Shown: piece after piece, positions 1 through 12,995 of the stretch
Numbering within the stretch: the first letter of the stretch is position 1
Layout: each line of letters begins with the position of its first letter
Assembly: GCA_951406725.2 (NCBI GenBank)
Contig: OX597826.1
Span: 80,662,001-80,726,000 of the forward strand
DNA: 64,000 nucleotides
Direction: 5' to 3'
Origin: Octopus vulgaris
Taxonomy: Eukaryota
Position numbers and translations under genes: made by a program
Notes under the pieces: generated by a model
Database searches by the model: none
What the model saw: the letters and a program-made list of their open reading frames with translations, nothing else
Told to the model about the DNA's origin: nothing

Positions 1-388
1 GGGCTAAGTCCACCTTGCTCTCTGCAAGTGGCAAGTGTTTCCTTGGACTGATGCAGGAGTTCAGTTTTTCCCATGGAAAAGCTACGTTTGATAGAGTCCA
101 AAGAAAACATCGCTTCATTCATTTATCGTTATGAAAACTGTAGTTGATTACCAGCCCTTAAAATTGATTGTAATTCAGGGGAAATTAGAACACACTACTT
201 CAGATTTACAAACATGTAAAATAAAGTTATTCTCATCGGTCTTTCTTTCTTGAGGATATCAGCAATACAACTGAAAAAGTATTCGCCAGGGAATCAAAAT
301 TTGAAAGTGTATTTAGTTCTTTAAGAACTTACAGCCATATCGTAGCACCCAGCACAAACAAATGATGCCATAGGTTTTGTATTTCTAA

Positions 389-533
389 TTGGCGTTAGGA
401 GGGGCATCCAGCTGTAGAAACTCTGCCAAATCAAGATTGGAGCCTGGTGCAGCCATCTGGTTCGCCAGCCCTCAGTCAAAATCGTCCAACCCATGCTAGC
501 ATGGAAAGCAGACGTTAAACAATGATGATGATG
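389..533 (+). mobile_element. Short RTE 3'-tail copy ('family B'). Further copies: + at ~2520-2790, 5480-5745, 5880-6155, 7635-7800, 10393-10560, 18996-19345, 20860-21110, 23218-23360, 23684-23865, 24040-24265, 38480-38890; - at ~57275-57430, 60910-61200
   Basis: Shared core ttggcgttaggaagggcatccagctgtagaaac...cccatgctagcatggaaagcggacgttaaac followed by (GAT)n. Confidence 0.9.
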
Positions 534-972
534 AATTCTCCCAGGACTCTCAGCAACAAGAAATAATATTCTGTTGCTTTTCCCTTTTGATTAAAATTCC
601 CTTCAAAATCAGGAACACATTAGTTAAGGCTACTCAGAAAGCCACAGAAGATATTTGGTCAGTCAAGTCTTTCCACTCCCCATTACCACTGCACTTTCTT
701 TCAGAGTTTGACTAACAAGAGGCTTCACTCTTATTTCATAGTTGAGGAACATGATGAACATTAAGAAGGGTTTTGACTTTTTTCTTTATCTGTAAAACCA
801 ATTGCTCAAAGACATTGAATACGTGCAAAGCATTAAAATTTTACAACTGTCTTATTAATCAAAGTCATGCTAACAATCCTTTCACTACGTGAAATTAATA
901 AGAAACTGATTGGATTGGATAATTAAATTATTAGTCATGATGGGGCAGAATTAGGATTAGTGAAACACCTAC

Positions 973-1052
973 CTGGTTCATCCATATAATAATACATTTC
1001 AACATCTCTAGACTGAAGCACCACAAATCCCTCACCCATGTTGCGAGGAGGT
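973..1052 (-). CDS. BLTP1: BLTP1/KIAA1109 homolog, internal coding exon, 80 bp (absent from ORF track); gene continues beyond position 1
   Basis: PPRNMGEGFVVLQSRDVEMYYYMDEP(G), matching the recalled PPRxMGEGFVV...YYYMDEPG motif. Acceptor tcttttag, donor gtaggt, phase 2/1. Confidence 0.94.
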
Positions 1053-2071
1053 CTAAAAGAAAAACAAAGCAGAAAGAATCTGTTCAGCTTCAAGAATATG
1101 CCATGAAAGTTTTAAGACAAGAATTTTAGAGGAAAGGATATGGAGTAGAGGGGGGGGGATGTTAACTCTTAATCTTTTCTAAGAGTATTAATGATTTACA
1201 CTATTACAGCTCTTGGAAAATTATGAGTGACATTAGTCAACATTTTCTTTCATAAGTTAGTCGGAGGAGAAAGACAAGCCAATCACCTCCAAGACTGGTG
1301 AAACTGTTGTAGCTGTTCAATCTGAACAATGGCAACAATCAGAGATATCAAAATAGACTCATGGGGTCAGGTTACTAATAAGTCTATCTACTTGAAAATA
1401 TTTGACAAACATGCATTAAAAACACCCCATTATCGATAATTAGGTGCTAGATCAATTATTTCCATTTATTCATTTCCTGAGTAGAATTGTCGATTGAACT
1501 GATATCAGTTTATTACAATTGCAACCTATTTAATCACATAACATTTGAAGGTAACATCAACCCCCCAACAGAAACTGAACCCTTAATAGTCCCAAACTAA
1601 TTACAAGCAAGGCATTTGCTCCACTGCCTTGGCTATTTTCACCACACTAACAAAAAAAGAGACTCATTATTATCTTAACAATAATTGCAGCATCGTGCTA
1701 TCTTAAAAGAAAATTCAGGCAATTATCTATTGATTTTAATATGGATGGTGAGGAGGCCAAATACAGCAATTTTTGATTTCTTTCTAACATGAAAAATAGA
1801 AAGCATATTCAAGATAAATTAATGGGTTTTTCTTTTATAAAGTAACAATTATTTTTATATTTGTAACGGATCTTTGCAAAAATTCTTTTTTTCATTTTAT
1901 ATATATTTTTTTTTGAAAAGCTGCATTTCAATTTTATGAAGTATTAATTTCCTTAAAATACTAATCAATATAAATGTAATAGCAGAATAATTTGCACTAA
2001 AGAGCGAAGGGGGGGGGTCAGAAAGAGAAAAAAAAAACATTAATACAATAGAAACAGACAATACAACTCAC

Positions 2072-2262
2072 ACATCAATGGGGCCGTTGTATTTAGGGCT
2101 GGGCACCAACATAACTCGTGCATTTTCAGCTCGACACTTCATTACGTGCATGAACTGATCAAACGGTGTAGAGGCAGGTTTTGTTGTATATACAATATGA
2201 GCTTCATCAAAATTTACAGTTAATGTAGTAGGAATGAGGTAATTCCCAAAAATTATTCTAGC
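2072..2262 (-). CDS. BLTP1: BLTP1/KIAA1109 homolog, internal coding exon, 191 bp
   Basis: ARIIFGNYLIPTTLTVNFDEAHIVYTTKPASTPFDQFMHVMKCRAENARVMLVPSPKYNGPID(V), with the YTTKP/DQFMH/RVMLVPSP motifs. Acceptor ttttccag, donor gtgagt, phase 0/2. Confidence 0.95.
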
Positions 2263-2885
2263 CTGGAAAAACAAAAAGAGGGGAAAAAAACATTATTTTG
2301 ATATCATCATCATCATCATCATAGCATCCACTTTTCTGTGTTCACATGGGCCAGAAAGAATTTGTTGAGGTAGATTGGCCAAATGCCCTTCCAATAACCA
2401 GTACTCACTTTCCAGGTAAGGTGATATTTCCCAATGAGAAGACAAGTTTTCAAAAATATTGGAAATGAATGACATCACTAGCATAACATCAACACTCATT
2501 TACAACAATCATGTGATGTCGTGCTGGCCTGACTGGCTCTCGTGCCAGTGGCATGTAAAAAGCATCATTCAAGTGTGATCGATGCCAGTACCACCTCACT
2601 GGCCCTCGTGCTGGTGGCACATAAAAAGCACCCATTACACTCTCAGAGTGGTTGGCGTTAGGAAAGGCATCCAGCTGTAGAAACCTTGCCAGATCAGACT
2701 GGAGCTTGGTACAGCCTTCTGGCTTACCAGTCCTCAGTCAAACTGTCTAACCCATGCCAACATGGAAAATGGACATTAAACAATGATATCACACACACAC
2801 ACACACAGAGGCTTCTTTCAGTTTCCCTCTTCCAAATCCACTCATAAGGCTTTGACCAATCCTGGGCAGAGAGAGAACTGAGTTG

Positions 2886-2923
<38 letters not shown>

Positions 2924-3129
2924 TTGATATTCTGTTACTTATTTTGATTTTATTCCCCTACTTTAGGCTGTGCGCATAATATCGTACTGACTTGGTGCTT
3001 CAACTTAAGTACCTAATTCAACTTATATCTATCATCATTTAACGGCTGGCTTCCATGCTAGCATATGAGAACACTTGTATCTTGTAGTCTCAGTGCTGAC
3101 ATTAAAGAAAAATTATTTTTAGAAGCTGT

Positions 3130-3420
3130 TATCTCTAAGTGAATAAGCTATAAAGAATAGCAGCAACTTGGTGTGTTCAGCTACAAGCCAAGAGGGACAA
3201 ACTGTCAAAGCATCAGTTGCTCTGTGGCAAGTTTGTGGTCAAGCCTGTAAGAGTGGAGACCCTCAGTGTTTTCAGCCCCCACACCACATCCCCGCTCACC
3301 AATGATTGGGACAGAGATGGCTATCCACAAATATGAGACCCATGACTGGGAGTAACTGTTCTAGCACATCTCCCTTGCCATTCTTCAGGGCAACGTCTTT
3401 TCCATTTTGTCCATTAGGAC
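3130..3420 (+). mobile_element. Decayed C-terminus of a REL-endonuclease (CRE-like) non-LTR retrotransposon
   Basis: VETLSVFSP...IGTEMA...LF*HISLAILQGNVFSIL resembles the ET.G..G / QRIS.AI.RGNA terminus of CRE-type elements. Confidence 0.55.
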
Positions 3421-3971
3421 TGTGATGTGGACTGACAAACCTTTCAAGATATTTCTTTGTCGTGAAGAAGAGGAAAGATATAATGATTTAGGCAGGGCCC
3501 TTTGTCAAAGTCACAGGCTGCCCATTGGACACAAACCCACATCTCCTGTGTCAGTTAACAACATTGAAAAAAACGTGTTCTCTCTCGAAAGAATGGCTTT
3601 GTTCAAGGTATCATATTCTTGTCTCCTTATGGCATATAAACTTAATCCAGATTTGCAAGTTTTATGAAATTGTTTTTTGCCAATCAGACCACTTCTGGTC
3701 TCCACAGGATCTTGTTTGGAAATATAAAAGTTAAATACTATCTTTTTTTTTATGTTAAATACTATTTTTTTCAGGTTCAGTCTTTTTATGGAGAAAATTT
3801 GTAACGAAACTGAAAGAAGCCTGTCGTATATATGTATATATATATATATATAAGTGTGTGTGTCTGTGTTTGTCCACCTAGCATTGCTTGACGGCCGATA
3901 AAATAAAGCATGCCACAGTCAAATGCTGAAACAAGTAAAAGAGTAAAATAAGAGAGAGTTTTTATACTCAC

Positions 3972-4041
3972 AGAATTAATGTCTACTTTTATCACAGGTA
4001 TTAAATCTCTCCAGTGAAGAGATCTTTTTGGTTCTACATTG
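3972..4041 (-). CDS. BLTP1: BLTP1/KIAA1109 homolog, internal coding exon, 70 bp
   Basis: NVEPKRSLHWRDLIPVIKVDINS (WRxLIPVIKV motif). Acceptor ttgcag, donor gtgagt, phase 2/0. Confidence 0.92.
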
Positions 4042-6389
4042 CTGCAACCGAAAGAGAGAAACAATGCTAGAGAGAGGGAAAGAGATCAGCACAAAAAGAA
4101 AAGAAGATATAAGAAAGTTACTTGATTTTACATCTGTAGCAAACAACAATGTGTACAGGAGTACATGTGACCATGTGTGTGTGTGACTCCATGTAGAATA
4201 TTAAAAACTAACAATGGAAACAAAGATATTTCAACTCAAAGTTATGGATGTGAATCATAATTTGAATATAACAGTCAATTTAGCAGGCAGGTGTTAAAAC
4301 AACAACAGAGTTTGTGTTCGTTCAAAATAGCTTCAAAACAAAACATTAGTTGGAATTAGTGTTGATGATGAGCAAAGAAAAACAATAAAGTAATGATGGG
4401 TCAAAACAATATTTGTTTTAAGTATTACTACAAGTTATACCTGATGTGCACAGGCAGGGTGGGTGACTGAAAAATCTACTTTTGCAACTATATGGTCCCA
4501 AGTTCAATCCCACAACACAGACATTGATTAAGTGGTTGGCTGACCAACACCTTCTCAACAATTTGATAGAAACAAAAAAAAACTATGTAGAAATCAGGCA
4601 GAATCATTAGCACAACTCTTTACATTTTGAGTTCAAATTCTAATGAAGTCGACTTTGCCTGTCATCATTTTGAGGTCAATAACATAAATACCAATTGAAT
4701 GCTGGGGTTGATGTAATTGACTAACCCCTCCTCCCACAAATTGCTGGCCTTGTGCCAAAATTTGAAACCATTATTAGAGGTAATAGCTTCATGAATCAAC
4801 TCTGATTGAAGAGATCTATGGCTTGAGACATTGCAACCATGACCATCCCAACTTTTGAAGTATATATATATAGGACAACATTGTTTCATTACTCTTTACT
4901 TTCAGGTGATATGGTGGTGATGGGTGTAATCTGAAGGTGATATGGCTGCTATTTCTAACAGGTTGAGTGACTACAAAGATGTGCCTCGTTGACTCAGCAA
5001 AATCACAAATTGGTTGAAAAATATAAACTTTTTTACTCAGTAAACTAACAAGAGCAATTCCTTAACGATAATTTTGAAAATAATTTAGGGGAAATGAGCA
5101 AGAGACAGCCGCATTCTTCATGTTTTTTTTTTCTTTAGTATAATTAACAATTAGTGTAATTAACAATAGTATGAACTACTTCATCAAGGAATTGAATTGC
5201 ATTATATACCCACTACATATGCCAAAGAGGGAGCCTCTACATTGTCACTCGTGTTGCTAAAAATAATGACCTAATTCCCTTTAAATTACATGTCCTTTAC
5301 CTTAAAAAAATGAAGGACACATTGGACAATGCATTTCCCAAACCATGTACAAAAATATGGGATAGTCATGGTTGGAATGCCTTTGAACATAGGTCTGCTC
5401 TATCAGGAGTAACAATGTTTCCAATGTATTAAAAATGAAGCTTTGGTAGGCAGAGTTACAGATTTTTCACAGAGGTTGTGATCCCCGTGCCAGTGGCACA
5501 TAAAAATCACCATCGGAATGTGGCCAAAGCCAGGGCCGCCATGACTGGCTTCCATGCTGGTGGTATGTAAAAAGCACCCACTACACTCTCGGAGTGGTTG
5601 GCATTAGGAAGGGCATCCAGCTGTAGAAACTCTGCCAGATCAGACTGGAGCCTGGTGCAGCATCCTGGCTTCCCAGACCCCAGTCGAACTGTCCAACCCA
5701 TGCCAGCATGGAAAACAGGTGTTAATCGATGATGATGATGATGTGGCTCACAGAAACAAACACACGCACACACATACATAACTGTTTTTGGCTTTATTTC
5801 ATTTCCTCTCAGACTTATCTTTGTGCAATTTACTGTAAGTAGTCAGACACACATCTTTTTCGAACTGGTCACCCCTGGAATATATATAAGGTCTTGCAAG
5901 CTACTTGATGACCTCACTGGTACTGGTAATAAATAAAAAGCACCCATGCTGGTGCCATGTAAAAAAGTACCTGTGCTGGTGTCACATAAAAAAGCATCCA
6001 TTTCACTCTGTAAACTGTTTGGCATTAGGGAGGGCATCCAGCAGTAGAAACCATGTCAAAACAGACAACTGGAGCCTGGTGCAGCGGGCCAGCCCTAGTG
6101 AAACCCTCCAACCCATGCCAGCATGGAAAACAGACATTAGATGATGATGATGATATCATTACCAATCTAATACTAGTGACAGTAATTGTTTTTTAATAGA
6201 CAAGAGGTCAGTTTTTTTAAAAGAAGAGAAATATAAAGGTGAGATCTTCATGCCTGGTGTAGGTCAAACAAATGAAAACCAAGAATCAAAATTAACCAAA
6301 GAAACACAACTGAGCAGTTTGGTAACAAACAGATCGATTCCATTCCATGGTATTCGGAACAGCTGTAACAACGGTTGGACCTGACTTAC

Positions 6390-6567
6390 TTTTTATTATC
6401 TTCTATAGTTTCGACACCGGTATCTTCTTCTTTCTCCTCTTCAGGAATCATGTCTGGTTCCAAACCAAAGAGTTTCTCCAGTAAAGAATACCGAAACGAT
6501 CGATTATAAACATGAAATTCAAAACCTTCCAAGAATAATGATAACCGAGTTTCACAATGAGATAAAT
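6390..6567 (-). CDS. BLTP1: BLTP1/KIAA1109 homolog, internal coding exon, 178 bp
   Basis: (D)LSHCETRLSLFLEGFEFHVYNRSFRYSLLEKLFGLEPDMIPEEEK..., with the ETRL/FEFHVYNRS/LFGLEP motifs. Acceptor ctcttttcag, donor gtaagt, phase 1/2, in frame with both neighbours. Confidence 0.93.
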
Positions 6568-6669
6568 CTGAAAAGAGAGAAAAGAAGGGAAAACGGTATT
6601 TGTTTAAAGAGAATTCAGTGAGGTTGGCTGCAGAACAATGTATATATATTGGTGAAATATTCAATGGTT

Positions 6670-7280
6670 GAAGGAGAGAGAGAGAGCGAGGGAGAGAGAA
6701 ACAGAGAGGGAGAGAGAGGGGAGAGAGTGAGAGAGAGGGAGAGAGGGAGATAGAGAGAGGAAGAAAGAGAGAGAGAGAGAGAGAGAGGGACGGACTGACA
6801 GACAGACACAGACAAACAGAGAGAAAGAGAGAGAGGGGAACCAGAGAGGGAGAGAGAAAGAGTGTAACAGAGAAAGTGTGTGTAACAGAGAGAGAAAGAG
6901 AGGGGAGAGAGAGAGTGAGATGGAGAGGGAGAGAGGGAGATAGAGAGAGGAAGAGAAAGAGAGGGACGGACAGACAGACAGACAGACAAACAGAGAGAAA
7001 GAGAGAGGGGGGGACCAGAGAGGGAGAGAGAGAAAGAGTGTAACAGAGAAAGTGTGTGTGTGTGTGTGTAACAGAGAGAGATAGTGGAACAAAGAGAGAG
7101 AAACATTGTAACAGAGAGAGAGTGTGTGTGTGTGTGTAACAGAGAGAGAAAGAGAGATAATGGAACAGAGAGAGAGAGTGAGAGAGAGATAGTGGAACAC
7201 AGAGAGAGTGGAACAGAGGGAGAGAGTGTGGAACAGCAAAAGAGAAGGGAAGAGAGAGAGAGAGAGAGACAAACAGACAG
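6670..7280. repeat. Complex GA/GT-rich compound microsatellite with an internal ~185-bp duplication
   Basis: About 600 bp of purine-rich + strand. The block gggacgga..gacagacaaacagagagaaagagag..ccagagagggagagagaaagagtgtaacagagaaagtgtg occurs twice. Confidence 0.92.
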
Positions 7281-7580
7281 CTTTAGAGAAAATTGTATTA
7301 GAAAATCAGAAAGAGATGAGAAAGGAAATGTGTTGAAGTGATTTTAAGTATGTTTTATGGAGAGAAATCTTCTACGTCCTAAACCTTGAGACAATATTAC
7401 CAAATGTCCTGGCAGCAGGAGGAGAACCAAACAATATTGTTTACATGTGTATTTTAATTTTCAAAACACAGACACATCTAGAGGCATATACAGATTTTTA
7501 GATGAACAAAACAAAGAATATACGACTCAATATGTTCGGTTGGGGGTTTTAAGAATTTACTAACAGGGTAACTCAGCACA

Positions 7581-7612
<32 letters not shown>

Positions 7613-8759
7613 TTCTCTCTTTCTCTCTCTCTCTAAAAAGCACCCAGTACACTCAGTAAAGTGTTTAGCATTAATAAGGGCCTCCAACTGTAGAATCCTT
7701 GCCAAAACAGACAATTGGAGAATGGAGCAGCTCTCCAGCAGCTGTCAAACAGTCCAACCCATGCCAGCATAGAAAAAATGGTGTTAAATAAAGATGATAG
7801 AACACATATACTATCTGTCTATCTGTGTGTATGTATGTATGTATGTATGCACACACACACACACTTTGAAGATGAGTATCAACATTAAAAAAAAAAATGT
7901 TTCTATAATCTTGTAACTATTTCCTTTTATTTCTGCTTCCAGTGAAATGGTGGCGAAGATGGTTGAATGGTTAGTGTTCCATTGAAAGAAAAATGATAAT
8001 GAAGTGGAACCAATAAATTGTCAAAGACAAAAATAAAAACAGAATTCATAAATCAAAGTTCTAATATAGCTTTCGAAAACAGAAATCAATTAAAAAAAAA
8101 GGAAAAAAAACCACATCCACAGCTACACACAAAACAAACACAAGCAGATACTCTATCTGACCTACCCAACATTTTCAAAATGTTTTGCATTTAAAAAGTG
8201 TGAAAAAAAAAAATGTAGAAAATTGATCAGCTGACTAACCAGACTTAAAAGTATAAAAATAATTTCTTTTTAGTTTTTCAGCTGTAAGTATAAACAGGAA
8301 GAACATGAGAGATTTATTTTTATTTATATATATATATATATATGTATATGTATATGAAGTATCAATTTATTTTTTATTGAATCAATTTATTTTTTATTGT
8401 TCCTCTTAATTTTGGAGCATTTGATGAAATATATTTGGGGTGGAATCAGGGTGAGATTGGCAAAATGGCTTTGTATGTTTTTTTCTGATCCAGCAATTTT
8501 ATATTTTATCTATTTATGTTTTTAACTTTTCTCTCCATAATAGAAAATATATAATTATCTTATCCTTAATTTTAAGCCGATATTCCAGTAAACATTTTGC
8601 ACACAATGGATATAGGCTTTCCTCTATGGAATCATACACATTAACAACAATTTCATCAACTATTTTGTTTCTTGTTTGTTTGTTTTTTTCAATTTCTCTC
8701 CCCATATTTAGCATTAACCATAATAACCTCGACCCAGCACTGCTATCTTCCACTGCAAA

Positions 8760-8980
8760 TTAGATACAGGATCTTTACATGGTTAGCCAGGCTACTAGAA
8801 ATAGCAGCCAAATTTACCTCAAAAAACACATCGTGCACTCTTAAAAAAGCAACAATATATTGGATGATGTAGTCCTAGCTATGCTATACGTGAAATAATG
8901 ATGGACATTGGTCGTGGCTGGTATACCTGTCATCAAGAATCTGCTTCAGCAGAACTGATCTAGGGACAAACATCAACTAG
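8760..8980 (+). repeat. Old dispersed repeat of unresolved class. Copies ~5230-5410, 19400-19570, 28380-28530, 32980-33370, 54260-54435, 60070-60215; reverse at ~40260-40420, 62345-62510
   Basis: Recurrent motif ctgctagaaatagcagccaaatctccctcaaatca...ggacacattggataatgtagtcct...ggctggaat. Confidence 0.7.
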
Positions 8981-9069
8981 AAGAGCAAGATGGTGGCCCT
9001 CACTCTACCCACCAGAAGAGGGCTGCAGACCAGCCATGGCTTAACTGATACTGTCGCTGTTGTTATAGT

Positions 9070-9390
9070 TGAGAAAAAAATATATTTCAAGGACACTCAA
9101 AGCCTCACTGAAGAGCTTTGAGATCAACCCTGGACACCTGAAAAATGCAAGCACAAGACCACCTTGGCTGGCAAAGTTGTACCAACAGAAGTTTCCACCT
9201 CCTGTGAATAGAATCGGATTGCAAGGGCACAAAGAAGACATGAACTACCCAAGTGTAGAGCCAACTCCTTGCCTCCAGTCTCAACAGACTACCAGTGCCC
9301 CATCTGTGGGCAGAACCTTCACAGCACACAATGTGACCCATCGTCTTCTCGAATGGTCATTGTCAACGACAACAGATGAACTAATAATGA
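9070..9390 (+). mobile_element. Decayed 3' fragment of a second (BovB-type) RTE LINE
   Basis: Frameshifted FKDTLKASLKSFEINP...NRIARAQRRHEL...YQCP.CGRTF, the typical C-terminal finger region, followed by a trinucleotide tail. Confidence 0.7.
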
Positions 9391-9785
9391 GTAGTAGTAG
9401 TAGTAGTTGTTGCTGTTGTTGTTGTTGTTGTTGTTAGCACTGACATCATAGACAATGAGGTGCTGTTAAATGTTTGGTCTTCAAGTCACCAAGAAACAAA
9501 AATGTCCACACACAATGACTTCTGGTTTAAGCACAATGGCTTTTGGGCCTTTCTGTCTGTTTTTACAGAATCGTTGGTACAATAATGAAGAGCCTCAAAA
9601 GTCACAATACAAATTTCATCGATATTATCCAAATACTTATCACTCAAACACACGCCACCAAAGTAAACGTTGTAAAACATCGAATTGAACTTTCCTTCTA
9701 ACCATTGTCGTCATTCTGCTCTCAAAGCCAAACAAAGCAAAAAATAGAAATACTAAATCTAATTACCAGGACAGGCAGATTAATT

Positions 9786-10180
9786 ACTCTTTACTCTTTT
9801 ACTTGTTTCAGTCATTTGACTGCGGCCATGCTGGAGCCCACCTTTAGTCGAGCAAATCAACCCCGGGACTTGTTCTTTGTAAGCCCAGTACTTATTCTAT
9901 CAGTCTCTCTTGCCAACCGCAAAGTGACGGGGACGTAAACACACCAGCATCGGTTGTCAAGCAATGCTAGGGGGACAAACACAAACACACACACACACAT
10001 ATATATATACATATATACGACAGGCTTCTTTCAGTTTCCGTCCACCAAATCCACTCACAAGGCATTGGTCGGCCCGGGGCTATAGCAGAAGACACTTGCC
10101 CAAGATGCCACGCAGTGGGACTGAACCCGGAACCATGTGGTTGATTAGCAAGCTACTTACCACACAGCCACTCCTGCGCC
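9786..10180 (-). mobile_element. Full-length ~395-bp tRNA-derived SINE ('family C'). Other copies: ~11330-11700(-), 12805-13170(+), 44150-44415(-), 44780-45120(-), 45998-46320(+), 55108-55490(+), 57470-57625(-), 3820-3950(+)
   Basis: A-box tggctgtgtggtaag, B-box gggttcagtccc, a cttgggcaagt central motif, an internal TA/TG microsatellite and an (agtaaaag)n tail. Confidence 0.9.
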
Positions 10181-10699
10181 TTTTGTGAATAAATATCAAC
10201 AAAAATATAAACTATGAGGAAATAGAATTGGTAACGAAAGAATTGGAAGGAGAGTTGGTTGTACAACATGGTCTTTGTGGTGCAACAATAAACAATTTTC
10301 TGGTGCAAAAAATGGCAAGTTTCCAGTTAACTCTTCATAAGCTGTGGTCAATGAATTAAGAGAAATGGAAGTGTATTATTATATTAGTAGGTACACTCTC
10401 GGTGTGGTTGGCGTTAGGAAGGGCATCCAGCTGTAGAAACTCTGCCAGATCAGACTGGAGCCTGGTGCAGCCCCTGGCTTCCCAGACCCCGGTCGAACCG
10501 TCCAACCCATGCTAGCGTGGAAAACGGACGTTAAACGATGATGATGATGATGATGATGATGTACCCATGGAAAATACATGGGTCATAAATGTTCAGTTTT
10601 AAAGCTAATTATTTGCAGCTAATTGTATTTAAAGAGATTGAATGCAATATGTTCCTCTTATCATTTGCTAAATAATAAAATATACATAAAATTATGGGA

Positions 10700-11250
10700 A
10701 AGGAGAGCAAAGCCTAGTGGTTAGAGTACTGCCCTCAGAATCTCTAGATCATGGGTTGGATTCTTGGAGCAGGTGGTGCACTGTGTTCTTGAGCAAGACA
10801 CTTCATTTCATGTTGCTCCGGTCCACTCAGCTGTAAACGTGTGACCCCATGATGAAATAACCTTCCAGTCAGTGGGAATGTTGGCTGGCTCACCTAGCCA
10901 GCAGGGGTGGTGCCATTTGAAAGCTAAAGCAATGCAAAGCACATTGTGACTAGCGATGTACAACATCTCAAAGACTGATCAATCTATTTCTTTACTACCC
11001 ACAAGGGGCTAAACATAGAGGGGACAAACAAGGACAGACAAGCGGATTAAGTCGATTACATCGACCCCAGTGCGTAACTGGTACCTAATTTATCGACTTC
11101 GAAAGGATGAAAGGCAAAGTCGACCTCGGCGGAATTTGAACTCAGAACATAACGACAGACGAAATACAGCTAGACATTTCGCCTGGCGTGCCAATGTTTC
11201 TGCCAGCTCGCCGCCTTAAAGTCTGATCAATCACATGATACTGTGACATG
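10700..11250 (+). mobile_element. Older tRNA-derived SINE ('family F'), interrupted by a family A copy; second copy ~48525-48790
   Basis: A-box gcctagtggttag, B-box gggtt(g/c)gattc and cttgagcaagacactt motif. The two copies align by eye along their length. Confidence 0.75.
10985..11216 (-). mobile_element. tRNA-derived SINE ('family A') nested in an older SINE
   Basis: Head ggcggcgagctggcagaaac, B-box gagttcaaattcc, core gcctttcatcctttcg..gtcgataaatt. ~15-bp TSD aaag(a/t)ctgatcaatc. Confidence 0.9.
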
Positions 11251-12954
11251 CAGATGTGTATATATACATATATATATATATATATAAACTATATTGAAGT
11301 TATACATAAATAGTTAAACATATCGTTTCCTTTTACTCATTTCAGTCATTTGACTCTGGCCATGCTGGGGCACCGCCTTTAGTCGAGCAAATCAACCCCA
11401 GGACTTATTCTTTGTAAGCAAAGTACTTATTCTATCAGTCTCTTGCTGAGCTGCTAAGTTACAAGGATATAAACACACCAGCATCGGTTGTCAAGCCATG
11501 TTGGGGGAACAAACAGACACATACACTCACACACGGCGGGCTTCTTTCAGTTTCTGTCTGCTAAATCAACTCACAAGGCTTTGGTCATCTCGAGGCTATA
11601 GTAGAAGATACTTGCCCAAAGTGTCACACAGTGGGACTGAACCTGGAGCCATATGGTTGGTAAGCAAACTACTTACCACACAGCCACCTCCTGTGCCTGT
11701 ATATTTCTGTTCAGTATTTCTCTAACTAAATGACCTATCAATGTTTAAACCAATTACAGAGACAGTCACAGTATCAAAGCAATAGTTATGTTTGATGTGT
11801 AGCGTATCAAGGGAGAAGACCATGGAAGGGGAGACATGCTGCCAAATTAAATGAGTAAATGATAGCATTGTCCCGTGACTGAGAATTACATTTTAAGGAT
11901 TCACTTGTGCTACTTTGTTGGAAATATCAACCGAAATTCCTTTCGGGCATTTTGTCAATTGAAGTTCAGTTTTGTAGATTTGCTTTTCTCAGACAGAATG
12001 TGAAGATGCTGCAAGGTGTCAATTACCTCAGCTAATTTTGAAACAGCCAATGGACCATCAAAAATAAATTACAGTAACACCATAAAATATTAAAATTCTA
12101 TATACATTAGAATTTTATATTCCTTAAAGTATTTCAATAAAGAGAAAGTAATCCAAGTTATATATGCTAGCACATATCAAAATCTACTCTAATTTGAGAT
12201 TTATTACACAAATAGCCTGCAATACCAGAAAAATAATTACAGTATAATTATTGTCATTAAAGAAATAATTGAAATTGCCGTTTGTTATTAGTAACATTGA
12301 TCCATAACTGAAAACTGTGTTTTGAGGATTCATTTGGGTTACATTTCTAGTAATAACATCTGATAGTTCCTCCCGGGCCTTTCTTTAATTGTATTTCAGT
12401 TTAATAAATTCCACCCTACCACCACCCATCAGCCCCATTACTGTATTTTATAATTTCATATCATTTAAACGAACGGTGAAGTAATACATTTCAACAAAGA
12501 AGACTCATTCTGAATATAAATGCCATCAGATAACAAGAGATATCCTGACAGACAAGAGAACTAATCATCATATATTTATCCATTTACATTCATAATGAAT
12601 TCTACAAAAAATATTCTTTAATTGCATTTGTCCAGCTTTATTAAGGGGTGAGAATGTGATTGGATGACATTCATGCATTTCCCAGGAGCATTGGTAACAG
12701 AAATTAAGTTTCAGCTAGAAACCAATCAAAGCCAAGGGAGATTGTGTGAAACGGAAGAAAACAAGGAATCAGGTGATGTTCTGTGTTGGCAAATAATAGG
12801 GAATCCGCTGTGTGGTTAAGAAACTCACTTTTCAACCACGTGGCTTCAGGTTCAGTCCCACTGGGCAGCACCTTAGACAAGTGTCTTCTACTACAGCTCC
12901 CAGGCCAACTAATACCTTGCAAAGGAATTTGATAGGTGGAAACTGTGTGGAAAT

Positions 12955-12995
<41 letters not shown>

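Noticed and set aside
2068-2071. Stop codon ending ORF 2068..2274 as the gene's 3' end
   Set aside because: The TGA lies within the gtgagt donor. Homology continues in frame in exon 973-1052.
6615-7341. Long Ser/Leu- or Arg/Glu-rich ORFs
   Set aside because: They are translations of the GA microsatellite.
8520-8680. Faint resemblance to mitochondrial cox1 (RYS...SSM.S), i.e. a NUMT
   Set aside because: The similarity is too short and AT-rich to support by eye, and the FLGLAGMPR motif is absent. BLASTn against the mitogenome would be needed.
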